This document shows positions 9,775-19,459 of a stretch of DNA of 64,000 nt, in pieces; position 1 is the stretch's first letter; each line of letters starts with the position of its first letter. This DNA is from Dehalococcoidia bacterium (lineage in GTDB: Bacteria; Chloroflexota; Dehalococcoidia; Lucifugimonadales; UBA3495), in NCBI GenBank assembly GCA_965249145.1, contig OZ252223.1, positions 585,757 through 649,756 of the forward strand. The letters run 5' to 3'. Below the pieces are notes generated by a model that saw only the letters and a program-made list of their open reading frames with translations, had not been told where the DNA came from and ran no database searches. Made by a program: the position numbers and the translations under genes.

Positions 9775-10730
9775 CTATCCGCCCCTCCGGCCAAAGCTGA
9801 GATAGCCCTACGGATGGTGTCGGCGGCCGCGGAGTGGTCCTCCCGGCGACCGAAACGCAACGGTGCCCCGAAGCTTACCTCGATGACTCCCCTCCGGGGA
9901 CGGGTACCGCCCTTGGGCATCACGTCATTGGTCCCCTTCAACAACACCGGCACCACGGGCACTCCCAGCTCCACCGCCAGCAGCCCAATGCCACGCTTGA
10001 ACCGCAACATCGAGCCATCGTCGGACCTCATGCCCTCTGGGAAATAGAGAATAGACCAGCCTTCACCCACCAGCCACCGGCAATACTGCATGCTCGGGCG
10101 GACCGAGCTGGTCTGCGAAAGGGGGAAGGCATTGGAAATCAGGACAGCGATGAAGCGTTGAAATCGGCCGCGCTGGTCTAGCACGTGATCGGATGCCGCC
10201 GTGGCCAGACGCAGGCGCCACCGCCAAGGCAGGGCGGCCAGCACCGCCGGGTTGTCCAACAAGCTCAGGTGATTGGCCGCGAAGAGTACCGGGCCCAGCG
10301 TGTCGCGGAGGTGTTCCGTTCCTCGCACCCGCCGGCGCGACAGGACTGCAACAAGAGGAAAGAGCAATGACCACTGGAGTAACGCCCGGACCGCTACTAC
10401 AAGCCGGCTCAGGGGCCATCGCCCTCCCTTAAAGCCGGGCCCTACCGGACGGCTCCCGAAGACCTGTTCGGCAAGCTCTCCAACCGTGCTTTCCTCGTCA
10501 GCTAGAACGTGGGCCACGTTCAGTGCCAATTCAGCTTCGATGGCCGCCAGCAACTCCACCACCCCCAGGGAGTCCAGTCCCAAGTCAGGGCCCAACCCCG
10601 TTGCAAGTTGGATTTGCTCAACACCCGTGTACCGTTCCAAGAACGCGATTAAATCTTCACGTTCGGACTGACGGCGGCTTGTCAATGCAGGCGGGGCGGT
10701 GCCGGGTCCTTCGCCGCGGGTCTCGCTCAC
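9771..10730 (-). CDS. carrier-protein (ACP-like) domain fused to a PlsC-type lysophospholipid acyltransferase
   Basis: N-terminus has the phosphopantetheine site GLDSLGVVELLAAIE. C-terminus has the acyltransferase motifs ANHLSLLD (HX4D) and FPEGMRSDDG. Confidence 0.75.
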   Translation of the reverse strand: MSETRGEGPGTAPPALTSRRQSEREDLIAFLERYTGVEQIQLATGLGPDLGLDSLGVVELLAAIEAELALNVAHVLADEESTVGELAEQVFGSRPVGPGFKGGRWPLSRLVVAVRALLQWSLLFPLVAVLSRRRVRGTEHLRDTLGPVLFAANHLSLLDNPAVLAALPWRWRLRLATAASDHVLDQRGRFQRFIAVLISNAFPLSQTSSVRPSMQYCRWLVGEGWSILYFPEGMRSDDGSMLRFKRGIGLLAVELGVPVVPVLLKGTNDVMPKGGTRPRRGVIEVSFGAPLRFGRREDHSAAADTIRRAISALAGGADR

Positions 10731-11206
10731 TCTAATACACCTTCGCCAATCGGATCGCGCCGCAGAGATTTCCTACATGTTACTCGGGCCGTCGGCTTTC
10801 CGAGCCGTCCAGCGCCATGATTGGAGACCCCTTTGGCAACGACGCCTGGATTACACTAGGGGTACCGCAGGGCAAACATCGGTTATATAATGTGATCGAT
10901 TTTACGCCGGTCGCCAACGAAGCCGCCTTAGCCGGGCGCCCAGACACGAAACACCTGGCCAGGAGCAAGAGTGGCTCGCGAATCACAAATCGAATCGGCG
11001 GCCCAACCTGGAGAGCGCCAACGTCGGAATGCCGGGCATCCGCGCCCCTCTGCCTCCCCCGCTTGGCGCCTAGAGAGTACCGACTCATCCATATCGTCTT
11101 GTTCCATGTTGCGAGGTTCGTGCACATTCTGATGGCCGGGTCAGTAGCTGAACATCTCTTGGCAACTGGCAGCGCCCGGTGAAACTCATTTGCTAAGGAG
11201 AGGAAC

Positions 11207-13435
11207 ATGCCAGAAATAGCCGAGATAATTTACACCAAAATCGATGAGGCTCCGGCCCTGGCCACGCACTCGTTGCTGCCCATTCTCCAGGCCTTTACCA
11301 AGGGGTCCGGTATTGAGCTGGAGACCTGGGATATCTCGTTGACTGGCCGCATTATCGCCAACTTCCCCGACAATCTGACAGATGAGCAAAAAATCCCCGA
11401 TTATCTGGGTATGTTGGGCGAGTTATCCGAGAACCCGGCGGCCAACATCATCAAGCTGCCAAATATCAGCGCCTCTATTCCCCAGCTAAAAGCGGCGGTC
11501 AAGGAATTGCAGGACAAGGGATATGATATTCCCGACTACCCAGACGATCCTGCGACCGACGAAGAACGTCAAACCCACGCGCGCTATTCCAGAGTGCTGG
11601 GTAGCGCGGTGAACCCAGTCCTCCGTCAGGGGAACTCCGATCGCCGGTCGTCTACCTCGGTCAAGGAGCACGGCAAACGAAATCCCCATCGGATGATGCA
11701 GGATTGGCCGGAAGTCTCCAAAACCCGGGTTGGCCACATGACGAAGGGGGATTTCTACGGCAGTGAACAGGCGGTGACAGTCGCGGCAGCGGGTTCGGCA
11801 GCCATCGAATATGTGTCCGGCGACGGGAGCCCGACCGTGCTCAAGTCCGGTATCCCCCTCTTGGCTGATGAAATCATAGATTGCGCCGTGATGAGTGTGC
11901 GGGAGTTGCGCGATTTCTACGCCGCAGAAATGGCAACGGCCAAAGCCGACGGCGTGTTGCTTTCGCTGCATCTCAAGTCGACCATGATGCGCGTCTCCGA
12001 TCCGATTATTTTCGGCCATTGCCTGTCCGTTTACTACCAGGATGTGTTGACCAAGCACGCCGCTGAACTAGGTGAGCTTGGGGTGAACCCCGACAACGGA
12101 GTGGCTGAACTCCTTACGAAGATTCAACCTCTGCCCGAGGAAAAACGAGCGGAAATCGAGGCGGATATCCAGGCGGTCTACAACACGCGCCCGGAACTGG
12201 CGATGGTGGACTCCAACCGGGGTATCACCAATCTGCATGTGCCGAGCGATGTGATTATTGACGCCACCATGCCAGTGATTATCCGCGATGGCGGTCGCAC
12301 CTGGGGTCCCGATAACGAGTTGCACGACACGATCGCGATGATTCCCGACCGCTCTTATTCGACTCTATATCAGGCGGTTATAGAAGACTGTCAGGAGCAT
12401 GGAGCGTTTGATCCGTCCACTACCGGCAGTGTCGCCAACGTCGGGCTGATGGCCCAGGCGGCAGAAGAGTATGGCTCTCACGACAAGACCTTCAAAGCCC
12501 CCGGTAACGGCACGATTCGGGTCGTGGACGCATCTGGCGCTACTCTGATGGAACAGAGCGTTGAGGAAGGCGACATCTTTCGGATGTGCCAGACCAAAGA
12601 CGCGGCGATCCAAGACTGGGTCAAACTTGGCGTCAATCGGGCCAGAATCACCGGCACGCCTGCCATCTTCTGGTTGGACCCGAAACGCGCTCACGATGCG
12701 GAGCTGATCAAGAGAGTGGACCAGTATCTGCCCACCCATGACACGGCCAGACTGGACATTCGCACCATGCCGCCCATCGATGCGATCAACTTCACAATGG
12801 TACGGAGCCGGGCCGGCCAGGACACTATTTCCGTGACTGGCAACGTGTTGCGTGATTATTTGACCGACCTCTTCCCCATCTTGGAATTGGGCACCAGCGC
12901 CAAGATGCTTTCGGTTGTCCCCTTGCTAAAAGGCGGCGGGATGTTCGAGACAGGCGCTGGCGGGTCGGCCCCCAGGCACGTGCAGCAATTCTTGCAGGAG
13001 GGCCATTTGCGGTGGGATTCACTGGGTGAATTCTGTGCCCTCGTCGCATCCTTCGAACATTGCGCCGACGTGTTTAAGAACGACAGGGCCAAAGTCTTGG
13101 CCGACACTCTGGACCAAGCGATTGGGGAGCATTTGGAACAACGCCGGGCACCATCGCGACGGGTCAACGAACTTGACACCCGAGGCAGTCATTTCTACCT
13201 CGCTCTCTACTGGGCGGAAGCGCTGGCTAAGCAGACCGATGACCCCGAGTCGCAAGCTCGCTTTACCGAGGTGGCCCAGCAGTTGGCCGCCAACGAAGAC
13301 AAAATCGTTCAAGAGCTGATCGACTCTCAAGGCGAGCCGGTCGATATTGGTGGCTATTACCTCCCCAATGACGAAATGGCCGCCAAAGCCATGCGACCCA
13401 GCGCCACTCTGAATGCGATTGTGGATGCAATCTAG
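11207..13435 (+). CDS. icd: isocitrate dehydrogenase (NADP+), monomeric type
   Basis: 742 aa. The N-terminus [20 protein letters not shown] and the length are typical of monomeric IDH. AAGGAGAGG RBS. Confidence 0.95.
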   Translation: MPEIAEIIYTKIDEAPALATHSLLPILQAFTKGSGIELETWDISLTGRIIANFPDNLTDEQKIPDYLGMLGELSENPAANIIKLPNISASIPQLKAAVKELQDKGYDIPDYPDDPATDEERQTHARYSRVLGSAVNPVLRQGNSDRRSSTSVKEHGKRNPHRMMQDWPEVSKTRVGHMTKGDFYGSEQAVTVAAAGSAAIEYVSGDGSPTVLKSGIPLLADEIIDCAVMSVRELRDFYAAEMATAKADGVLLSLHLKSTMMRVSDPIIFGHCLSVYYQDVLTKHAAELGELGVNPDNGVAELLTKIQPLPEEKRAEIEADIQAVYNTRPELAMVDSNRGITNLHVPSDVIIDATMPVIIRDGGRTWGPDNELHDTIAMIPDRSYSTLYQAVIEDCQEHGAFDPSTTGSVANVGLMAQAAEEYGSHDKTFKAPGNGTIRVVDASGATLMEQSVEEGDIFRMCQTKDAAIQDWVKLGVNRARITGTPAIFWLDPKRAHDAELIKRVDQYLPTHDTARLDIRTMPPIDAINFTMVRSRAGQDTISVTGNVLRDYLTDLFPILELGTSAKMLSVVPLLKGGGMFETGAGGSAPRHVQQFLQEGHLRWDSLGEFCALVASFEHCADVFKNDRAKVLADTLDQAIGEHLEQRRAPSRRVNELDTRGSHFYLALYWAEALAKQTDDPESQARFTEVAQQLAANEDKIVQELIDSQGEPVDIGGYYLPNDEMAAKAMRPSATLNAIVDAI

Positions 13436-13666
13436 CAACCCACCGGCTGCCTGAGTCATGTCTGAGGCGTGGTCTTCAGCCGGTCGGTTTATAGGCGTCT
13501 GGGCGCCTGGGGACTGAGAGCCGCTTCACCTCAATTCGTGTCATCAAGGGGGGATCGGCTCGCTTCGCCCGGCGTTGCGCGGGCTTGGTGACGCCGTCGC
13601 GACTGTTACCGTGAAAGAGTCCCAGGTCGCCAGGCCGGACCCATCAAACAGAGGAGCACGAACCAG

Positions 13667-14614
13667 ATGAGAAGCAAAGTAACCGTGGTAGGAGCCGGAA
13701 ACGTCGGGGCCACGACCGCCCAGAGAATCCACCAACTGGGTTACGCCGACGTGGTGATGGTCGACGTGGTGGAAGACCTGCCTCAGGGCAAGTCGCTGGA
13801 CATGCTGGAGTCAGGCCCGGTCTTGGGCACCGACGCCGTCATCACCGGCAGCAACGGCTACGAGGAAACCGCCGACTCCGACGTGGTGGTCATCACCGCC
13901 GGCATCGCCCGCCGCCCAGGCATGAGCCGCGACGACCTGCTCCTGACCAACATGCGCATCACCTCATCGGTTACGGAACAGGTGGTCAAATACTCGCCCA
14001 ACAGCATCATTATCCCCGTCACCAACCCTCTGGATGCCATGGTCCAAAACGTCTACGAGGCCAGCGGATTCCCGCGAAATCGGGTGTTCGGCATGGCCGG
14101 CGTCCTGGATACCGCCCGCTTCCGCACCTTTATCGCCCAAGAGCTCGACGTGTCCGTCGAAGACGTGCAGGCCTACGTGCTGGGCGGCCACGGCGACGAC
14201 ATGGTCCCGCTGGTGCGCTTCACCACCGTGGGCGGCATTCCCATCAGCGAGCTGATGGCCGAGGAGAAAGTCGACCAGTTGGTCCGGCGCACCCGGCAGG
14301 GCGGCGGCGAGATCGTGGCCCTGCTCAAGGAAGGCAGCGCCTATTACGCTCCCTCGGCCGCCATCACCCAGATGGTCGAGGCGGTGCTGCTCGACAAGAA
14401 GCGAATACTGCCCTGCTGCGCCTATTTGGAGGGCGAGTACGGCATTAACGGCCTCTGCGTCGGCGTCCCTGTAAAGCTGGGCGCCAACGGCATGGAGCAG
14501 ATACTGGAGATCGACCTGACCGCCGACGAAAAGGCCGCGCTGCATGGCTCCGCCGACAGCGTCAAAGAGCTGGTGGACGTCATGAACAGCGCCCGCGCCG
14601 AAAGCTCGGGGTAA
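13667..14614 (+). CDS. mdh: malate dehydrogenase (LDH-like type)
   Basis: 315 aa: [41 protein letters not shown]. Confidence 0.95.
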   Translation: MRSKVTVVGAGNVGATTAQRIHQLGYADVVMVDVVEDLPQGKSLDMLESGPVLGTDAVITGSNGYEETADSDVVVITAGIARRPGMSRDDLLLTNMRITSSVTEQVVKYSPNSIIIPVTNPLDAMVQNVYEASGFPRNRVFGMAGVLDTARFRTFIAQELDVSVEDVQAYVLGGHGDDMVPLVRFTTVGGIPISELMAEEKVDQLVRRTRQGGGEIVALLKEGSAYYAPSAAITQMVEAVLLDKKRILPCCAYLEGEYGINGLCVGVPVKLGANGMEQILEIDLTADEKAALHGSADSVKELVDVMNSARAESSG

Positions 14615-14654
14615 GCGGCGCATCCGACTCCACAACCGGCCGCAATCCAGTAGT

Positions 14655-14694
14655 GAGACCCCACCCGTAGAAAGGTGGGGTCTCTTGTTATGTT
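14655..14694 (+). terminator. rho-independent terminator after mdh
   Basis: 11-bp stem GAGACCCCACC/GGTGGGGTCTC with loop CGTAGAAA, followed by TTGTTATGTT. Confidence 0.6.
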
Positions 14695-14720
14695 AGCCAG
14701 AGCTGTACCGGGTCTATAAT
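14693..14720 (+). promoter_or_regulatory. candidate promoter (TTAGCC-16-TATAAT) for the aminotransferase gene
   Basis: TATAAT at 14715-14720, weak -35 TTAGCC at 14693-14698, AGGAGG RBS at 14734-14739. Confidence 0.3.
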
Positions 14721-14745
14721 GTCTCGCACGAATAGGAGGTGTCCC

Positions 14746-16035
14746 ATGGCCAACCGCACCGCTCAGGAGAAAGAACTGTTGGAGAAGGCCGGGCGCTACC
14801 TGCCCGGCGGCAACGGCAACCTGACATTCGCTCCGGAACAGGACTTTCTGGTTGCCGGAGGGAAGGGTTCTAGGGTTTGGGATGTCAGCGGCAACGAGTA
14901 TGTGGACTGGCTCATGGGCTCCGGACCGATGATATTGGGGCACGCCCATCCCCACGTCGTCGAAGCGGTGGTCAAAACGGTTGAGCAGGGTAGCACCTTC
15001 TTTGCCCAGAACGACAAAGCCGTGCTGCTTGCCGAGGCGCTGGTGGACGCTGTCCCTTGCGCCGAGAAAGCGCGCTTCACCACCAGCGGCACCGACGCCT
15101 GCTTCCAAGCCATGCGGGCGGCCCGGGCCTTCACCGGCAAGGAAAAGGTGCTGAAGTTCGAGGGCGGCTACCACGGTACCAGCGACTACGCCCTGATGAG
15201 CGTGACCTCCAGCGCCTCGGAGGAGTTTCCCCAAGCCGAAGCCAACAGCGGCGGCATCCCCAAGGCCATCGCCGACCTGATGCTGATCGCTCCCTACAAC
15301 GACCTGGCCACCACCGAGACCATCATGCAGGCCCACCACCAAGAAATCGCCGCGGTTATCGTCGAGCCGCTGCAGCGCATCCTGGCCCCCAAGCCCGGAT
15401 TCCTCCAGGGCCTGCGGGACATGACCACCCGCTACAACATCCCGCTGATTTTCGACGAAGTCGTCACCAGCTTCCGGCTAGGCTACGGAGGCGCCCAGGA
15501 GTTTTACGGTGTTACTCCCGACATGTGCGCGGTGGGCAAGATCATGGGCGGCGGCTACCCGCTGGCGGCCGTTCTCGGGCGGGCCGACATTATGTCGGTC
15601 TACGACCGTGGTGCCGTGGACAGCGACACTTTCGTGAACCAGATCGGCACCCTGAACGGCAACCCCGTCGCCTGCGCCGCAGGCCTGGCCACGCTGGAAG
15701 TGCTCCGTGAGGAGGGCGCTTACCAGCGCATCCACGGCACGGGCGGGGCCATCCGCAACGCGCTGGTCGAGTCCTGCAACGAGCACGGTATCCCGGTCCA
15801 AAGCTGCGGCGAGGACGCCGTCTTCGACTTCTGCTTCACCGACCGGCCCGTAGCCAACTACCGCGACATCCTAACCGGTGACAGTAGCCTGCTCGCCCGA
15901 CTCAACTCCGGCCTCCTGGAACGCGGCATCCTCAAAGGCGGCCAGAAATACTACCCCTCTGCCGTCCACACCGACCAAGACGTAGAACGCACCATAGAAG
16001 CCTTCCGCGAAATAGTCCCCACGCTGCGGGGGTAA
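14746..16035 (+). CDS. class III PLP aminotransferase, glutamate-1-semialdehyde aminomutase-like
   Basis: AVIVEP, IFDEVVTSFRLGYGG, VGKIMGGGYPLAA (PLP lysine). ATG 14746 has AGGAGG 6 nt upstream (the track ORF starts at 14719). Confidence 0.8.
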   Translation: MANRTAQEKELLEKAGRYLPGGNGNLTFAPEQDFLVAGGKGSRVWDVSGNEYVDWLMGSGPMILGHAHPHVVEAVVKTVEQGSTFFAQNDKAVLLAEALVDAVPCAEKARFTTSGTDACFQAMRAARAFTGKEKVLKFEGGYHGTSDYALMSVTSSASEEFPQAEANSGGIPKAIADLMLIAPYNDLATTETIMQAHHQEIAAVIVEPLQRILAPKPGFLQGLRDMTTRYNIPLIFDEVVTSFRLGYGGAQEFYGVTPDMCAVGKIMGGGYPLAAVLGRADIMSVYDRGAVDSDTFVNQIGTLNGNPVACAAGLATLEVLREEGAYQRIHGTGGAIRNALVESCNEHGIPVQSCGEDAVFDFCFTDRPVANYRDILTGDSSLLARLNSGLLERGILKGGQKYYPSAVHTDQDVERTIEAFREIVPTLRG

Positions 16036-16056
16036 TTGCACGTTATCACGGAATCC

Positions 16057-16368
16057 ATGTATAATTCTGGCCCTGGCCGTTCAGGGGGCGTCGGGGATTC
16101 GGCAACCGAAGACTTCTACCACGGAAGGGCAACTAATCGGACGAGGAGGTTTCCATCGGAGATAACTCGCCAAGCGTTGAAGAAGCTGGACCTGCTCAAC
16201 GCCGCAGACGAATTATTTGACCTGATAGTACCTCCGGGCAACCGGCTGGAGGCACTGAGAGGCACCCTGCTAGGCTATTACTCCATCAGGATAAACGATC
16301 AATGGCGTGTCATTTTCCGTTGGGACGGAAATGACCCTTACCACGTCTCACTGGTCGATTACCACTAA
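16057..16368 (+). CDS. higB: HigB-like toxin (RelE/ParE superfamily, plasmid maintenance system killer)
   Basis: C-terminus NRLEALRGTLLGYYSIRINDQWRVIFRWDGNDPYHVSLVDYH. Start uncertain: ATG 16057, or TTG 16036 abutting the upstream stop. Confidence 0.75.
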   Translation: MYNSGPGRSGGVGDSATEDFYHGRATNRTRRFPSEITRQALKKLDLLNAADELFDLIVPPGNRLEALRGTLLGYYSIRINDQWRVIFRWDGNDPYHVSLVDYH

Positions 16369-16395
16369 GTCAATCAGAGAGCGAGAGGGCGTTGC

Positions 16396-16686
16396 ATGGT
16401 CCCTGAAAATCGGCTGCCAACCCATCCCGGAGAAATCCTATCGGAGGAGTTTCTGACTCCCTCGCGGATAACCCAGGTGGAGCTGGCGAAGCACATCGGC
16501 GTACCGGTCCAGCGGATCAACGAGGTGGTCAACGGGAAGCGCGGCGTTACCCCAGCAACCGCTTGGCTATTCAGTCAAGCTTTTCGGACTACTCCTCAGT
16601 TCTGGATGAACCTTCAGAACAACTACGATCTTTCGATGTCCCGGCCAAGCGAATTCAATATCAAACCGTTGCTCGGCGACAATTAG
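16396..16686 (+). CDS. higA: HigA antitoxin (XRE-type HTH)
   Basis: HPGEILSEEFLTPSRITQVELAKHIGVPVQRINEVVNGKRGVTPATA. Confidence 0.85.
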   Translation: MVPENRLPTHPGEILSEEFLTPSRITQVELAKHIGVPVQRINEVVNGKRGVTPATAWLFSQAFRTTPQFWMNLQNNYDLSMSRPSEFNIKPLLGDN

Positions 16687-16706
16687 GTCCGGCCCACAGC
16701 TCAGCA

Positions 16707-17453
16707 CTAGTTAAACGGCTCGTTGATCAGCGCCAGCTCGGCGAAGCACGCATGCTGGCAACCAAACGCCTGCCCCGCCTCCTCGGCGTGCTTGGTCAGG
16801 AACTCGAAGGACGAGGCGCCCGCGTCGGGCAGGCCCGCCAAATAAACCTGGTGTTCCGCCAAGGACGCCATACCCTGTTCCCAGTAGCCGGAGACATCTA
16901 CCCCATGTGTGGGCTTGGACGACCCGAAAACTGCCGCAAAACGGACCCCGTTCCACGGCTGATGGCCCTCCTCCAAGAGCTCCGGAAAGACCCACCGGTT
17001 GCCAGCGTCCTTCGCCGCATCCAAGACCGCCAAGCCCGCCCAACGGTGGTCGGCCTGGTTGAGATGCCCGGTGCCGAATAGCAAGTCGTAGCTTAGGGTC
17101 AGCAGCACGTCGGGCCTGTGTCGGCGAATGGCCCGGCTGATGTCCCGTCGCAGCGGTAGCCCATACTCGATTACGCCGTCGCGGTGGTCCAAGAAATCCA
17201 CCGTACCCACGCCCACAACCCGGGCAGCGTTGACCTCCTCCCGCGACCGAAGCGGTCCCGTCTCCGACGGATGCATACTGTCAATCCCGGCCTTCCCGCG
17301 GGTGATCATTACGTAGGAAATCCGCTTGCCTTGGGCCGTCCACTTGGCGACGGCAGCGGCCACCCCGTACTCAAGGTCGTCCGGGTGAGCCACAATGGCC
17401 AGAGCGGTCTGCCAGTCTTCGGGCATCGGGGCTAGGGAAGCGGGTAGTTGCAT
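16707..17453 (-). CDS. PIG-L/LmbE family deacetylase
   Basis: 248 aa with AIVAHPDDLEYG and HxDH-type motifs (NQADHRWAG). Confidence 0.8.
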   Translation of the reverse strand: MQLPASLAPMPEDWQTALAIVAHPDDLEYGVAAAVAKWTAQGKRISYVMITRGKAGIDSMHPSETGPLRSREEVNAARVVGVGTVDFLDHRDGVIEYGLPLRRDISRAIRRHRPDVLLTLSYDLLFGTGHLNQADHRWAGLAVLDAAKDAGNRWVFPELLEEGHQPWNGVRFAAVFGSSKPTHGVDVSGYWEQGMASLAEHQVYLAGLPDAGASSFEFLTKHAEEAGQAFGCQHACFAELALINEPFN

Positions 17454-17472
17454 GGCGTCTCCTGTAACTAGA

Positions 17473-17497
17473 AGGGCCGCTGGTTCTCAGCGGCCCT
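17473..17497 (-). terminator. candidate terminator of the sdh operon
   Basis: 10-bp stem AGGGCCGCTG/CAGCGGCCCT with a 5-nt loop, followed on the minus strand by TCTAGTT. Confidence 0.4.
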
Positions 17498-17510
17498 AGC
17501 GGTTCGAAAT

Positions 17511-17540
17511 TCCCGGTTCCCGGCCTTCGCCGGGATGACC
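17511..17540. repeat. REP-like hairpin element (TTCCCGGCCTTCGCCGGGATGAC)
   Basis: Stem CCCGGC/GCCGGG with loop CTTC. Near-identical in design to the element at 31741-31766. Confidence 0.5.
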
Positions 17541-17596
17541 GAACAGAATTGGCAATCTTCCGATTGATCGGTGGCCGACGGTTGACGCTGCTTGGC

Positions 17597-18487
17597 CTAG
17601 TAGCGCCTGGCCTCCGAACCAAACGCGGTCACCAACGGCCGGGTGTTGACGATGTGACGGCGCAGTCCCAACTCTTGCGGGCTGATGCCCATCGCCAGCC
17701 CGATGGCCTGGGGCATGTGCAGAATGGGGAGGTCTATCGGGCGGCCGGCTTGGGCCGCGGCCTTGGGCTGAAAGCTGTCCAAGTTCAGGTGGCACAGCGG
17801 GCAGGGCGTGATCATCGCGTCGGCGCCCAGGTCCTTGGCTTCAAGTGTGTGCTTGCTGACCATGGCCAAGGAGTTGCGCTCGTTGATCGTCAGAATCGGG
17901 AAGCCGCAGCAGCGGGTCTTCCCGGAAAAGTCGACCACCGTCGCGCCCAGAATCTCAATTAGCCTTTCCAAGGCATCCTGCCGCTGGGGATTGGCCTCGA
18001 ACTCCAAAGCGTCGGTGGGCCGGACGATGTAGCAACCGTAGAAGGGGGCCAGCCGCATACCGTGAAGCGGGCGGGTAATCTGTGCTTCCAAGCGGTCCAG
18101 CCCGTAGTCCTCGACCAGCACCCAGAGCAGGTGCTTCGGGTGAGCGTTGCCATTGTATTCGAGCCCCTCGTCGGCCAGATAGGTGTTCACCTTGGCCCGG
18201 TACTCGGGGTCGCGCAACCGGAAGTCGGCCTGACTCATCACCCCCTGGCAGGTGCTGCAAATGGTGAGTATGGGCAGGTCCAGCACCTCGGCCATCGCGA
18301 ACGTGCGAGCGTTCAGCGTGTCGCCCAAGAGCTGGTTCTTTTCCTGCAGGACCCCGGCGCCTGTACAGGATGCGCCCTGCATCTCCCAGAGATTGATGCG
18401 CAGCCGCTGGCAGATCAGCTTGGCTGCCGGATAGAGCTCTGGACAGCCGCCCCGGGACACGCATCCCGGAAAGAAAGCGTAATTCAT
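17597..18487 (-). CDS. HdrB-like CCG-domain subunit of non-classical succinate dehydrogenase (SdhE/'SdhC' type)
   Basis: 296 aa with two Cys-rich CCG-type motifs (GKTRCCGFPIL...TPCPLCHLNL). Abuts the sdhB stop. Confidence 0.8.
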   Translation of the reverse strand: MNYAFFPGCVSRGGCPELYPAAKLICQRLRINLWEMQGASCTGAGVLQEKNQLLGDTLNARTFAMAEVLDLPILTICSTCQGVMSQADFRLRDPEYRAKVNTYLADEGLEYNGNAHPKHLLWVLVEDYGLDRLEAQITRPLHGMRLAPFYGCYIVRPTDALEFEANPQRQDALERLIEILGATVVDFSGKTRCCGFPILTINERNSLAMVSKHTLEAKDLGADAMITPCPLCHLNLDSFQPKAAAQAGRPIDLPILHMPQAIGLAMGISPQELGLRRHIVNTRPLVTAFGSEARRY

Positions 18488-19456
18488 CTACCGCTCCGGT
18501 TCTTCGACCTGTTCGAAAATTCTCTTGACGTTGTCGGCGCCCTCGATCTTCTTGTGAATGAGGGGCGGCATCTTGCCGTGGGTGAAAGCCTGGATGGCCA
18601 CCGGGGCCATGCCGAGCATCCCGGAAATGTTGGTCATGCCCAGGGACTTGGGCACCAGCTTCAGCTCGTCCAGCCAACCGCTGTGCTCCACGGAGTCGCT
18701 GAAGGCCTCCGTGTGCCGGGCCCCGTTGGTGTCGTGCAACCCGGCCGAGATGGCTTGGTCGCGCATCGCCATGATGCGCTCCATCGGCGCCACACCCTTG
18801 GGGCAAGCCTGCACGCATTCCAAGCAGCGGGTGCAGTCCCAAATCCCCGAAGGCTTGTTCAGCTCCTCCAAACGCTCCCGAGAGACGCCGTTCTGGTCTC
18901 CGTCGCGAGGATCGGCGGTGAACCGGTAGGCCTTGGCGAGGGCCGCCGGACCCAAGAAGGACGGGTCGACTTCCAAGACGGTGCAGTCGGACACGCAAGC
19001 GCCGCACATGATGCAGGAGGTGACGCTCGACAGGTGCAGCATCGCCTCGTTGGAAACCACGTATTCCTGCTCCGGCTCCGGTCCCTGGGGCTGTAGGAAT
19101 GGCACGACCTGGTTGATCTTGTCCCAGAACAGGTCGAAGTCTACCACCAGGTCCTTTATGACCGGCATGTTGCCAGCGGGCTCGATGGTGATAACGTTAC
19201 CTTCCTGCAGGACGGCGGCGGCCTGGGTCTTGCAGGCCAAACCAGCGTGACCGTTGATTCGCATGGCGCAGGAGCCGCAGATGGAACTGCGGCAGGAGCA
19301 GCGCAGGCTAAGGGTGCCGTCGTCATCCTCCCGCACTTTGATCAAGGCGTCCAACACCGTGCCGTTATCCTCGATGGATACCGTGTAGTCTTGCCAGAAC
19401 GGGGTGGGGTCGTCGGACTCCGGGTCCAGTCGCCTTACCCTTAGCGTCACGTCCAT
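18488..19456 (-). CDS. sdhB: succinate dehydrogenase/fumarate reductase iron-sulfur subunit with a C-terminal extension
   Basis: 2Fe-2S motif CSCRSSICGSCAMRING plus CIMCGACVSDC and CTRCLECVQACP clusters. 322 aa, about 80 aa longer than typical. Confidence 0.9.
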   Translation of the reverse strand: MDVTLRVRRLDPESDDPTPFWQDYTVSIEDNGTVLDALIKVREDDDGTLSLRCSCRSSICGSCAMRINGHAGLACKTQAAAVLQEGNVITIEPAGNMPVIKDLVVDFDLFWDKINQVVPFLQPQGPEPEQEYVVSNEAMLHLSSVTSCIMCGACVSDCTVLEVDPSFLGPAALAKAYRFTADPRDGDQNGVSRERLEELNKPSGIWDCTRCLECVQACPKGVAPMERIMAMRDQAISAGLHDTNGARHTEAFSDSVEHSGWLDELKLVPKSLGMTNISGMLGMAPVAIQAFTHGKMPPLIHKKIEGADNVKRIFEQVEEPER

Positions 19457-19459
19457 CGG

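Noticed and set aside
10780-11208. Track ORFs 10780..11208 (-) and 10817..11182 (+) in the icd upstream gap.
   Set aside because: They have no RBS, overlap each other on opposite strands, and their translations are not protein-like. They are treated as non-coding.
17955-19007. Long ORFs overlapping the sdhB and HdrB-like genes (17955..19007 minus, 18062..19096 plus); also 58321..59952 (antisense to dnaK), 53207..54976, 44608..45816, 4909..5832, 28509..29747, 26372..27547 and 24758..25594.
   Set aside because: These are shadow ORFs typical of GC-rich DNA. They have Arg/Gly/Pro/His-rich low-complexity translations and no motifs, and each fully overlaps a frame with unmistakable conserved protein motifs.
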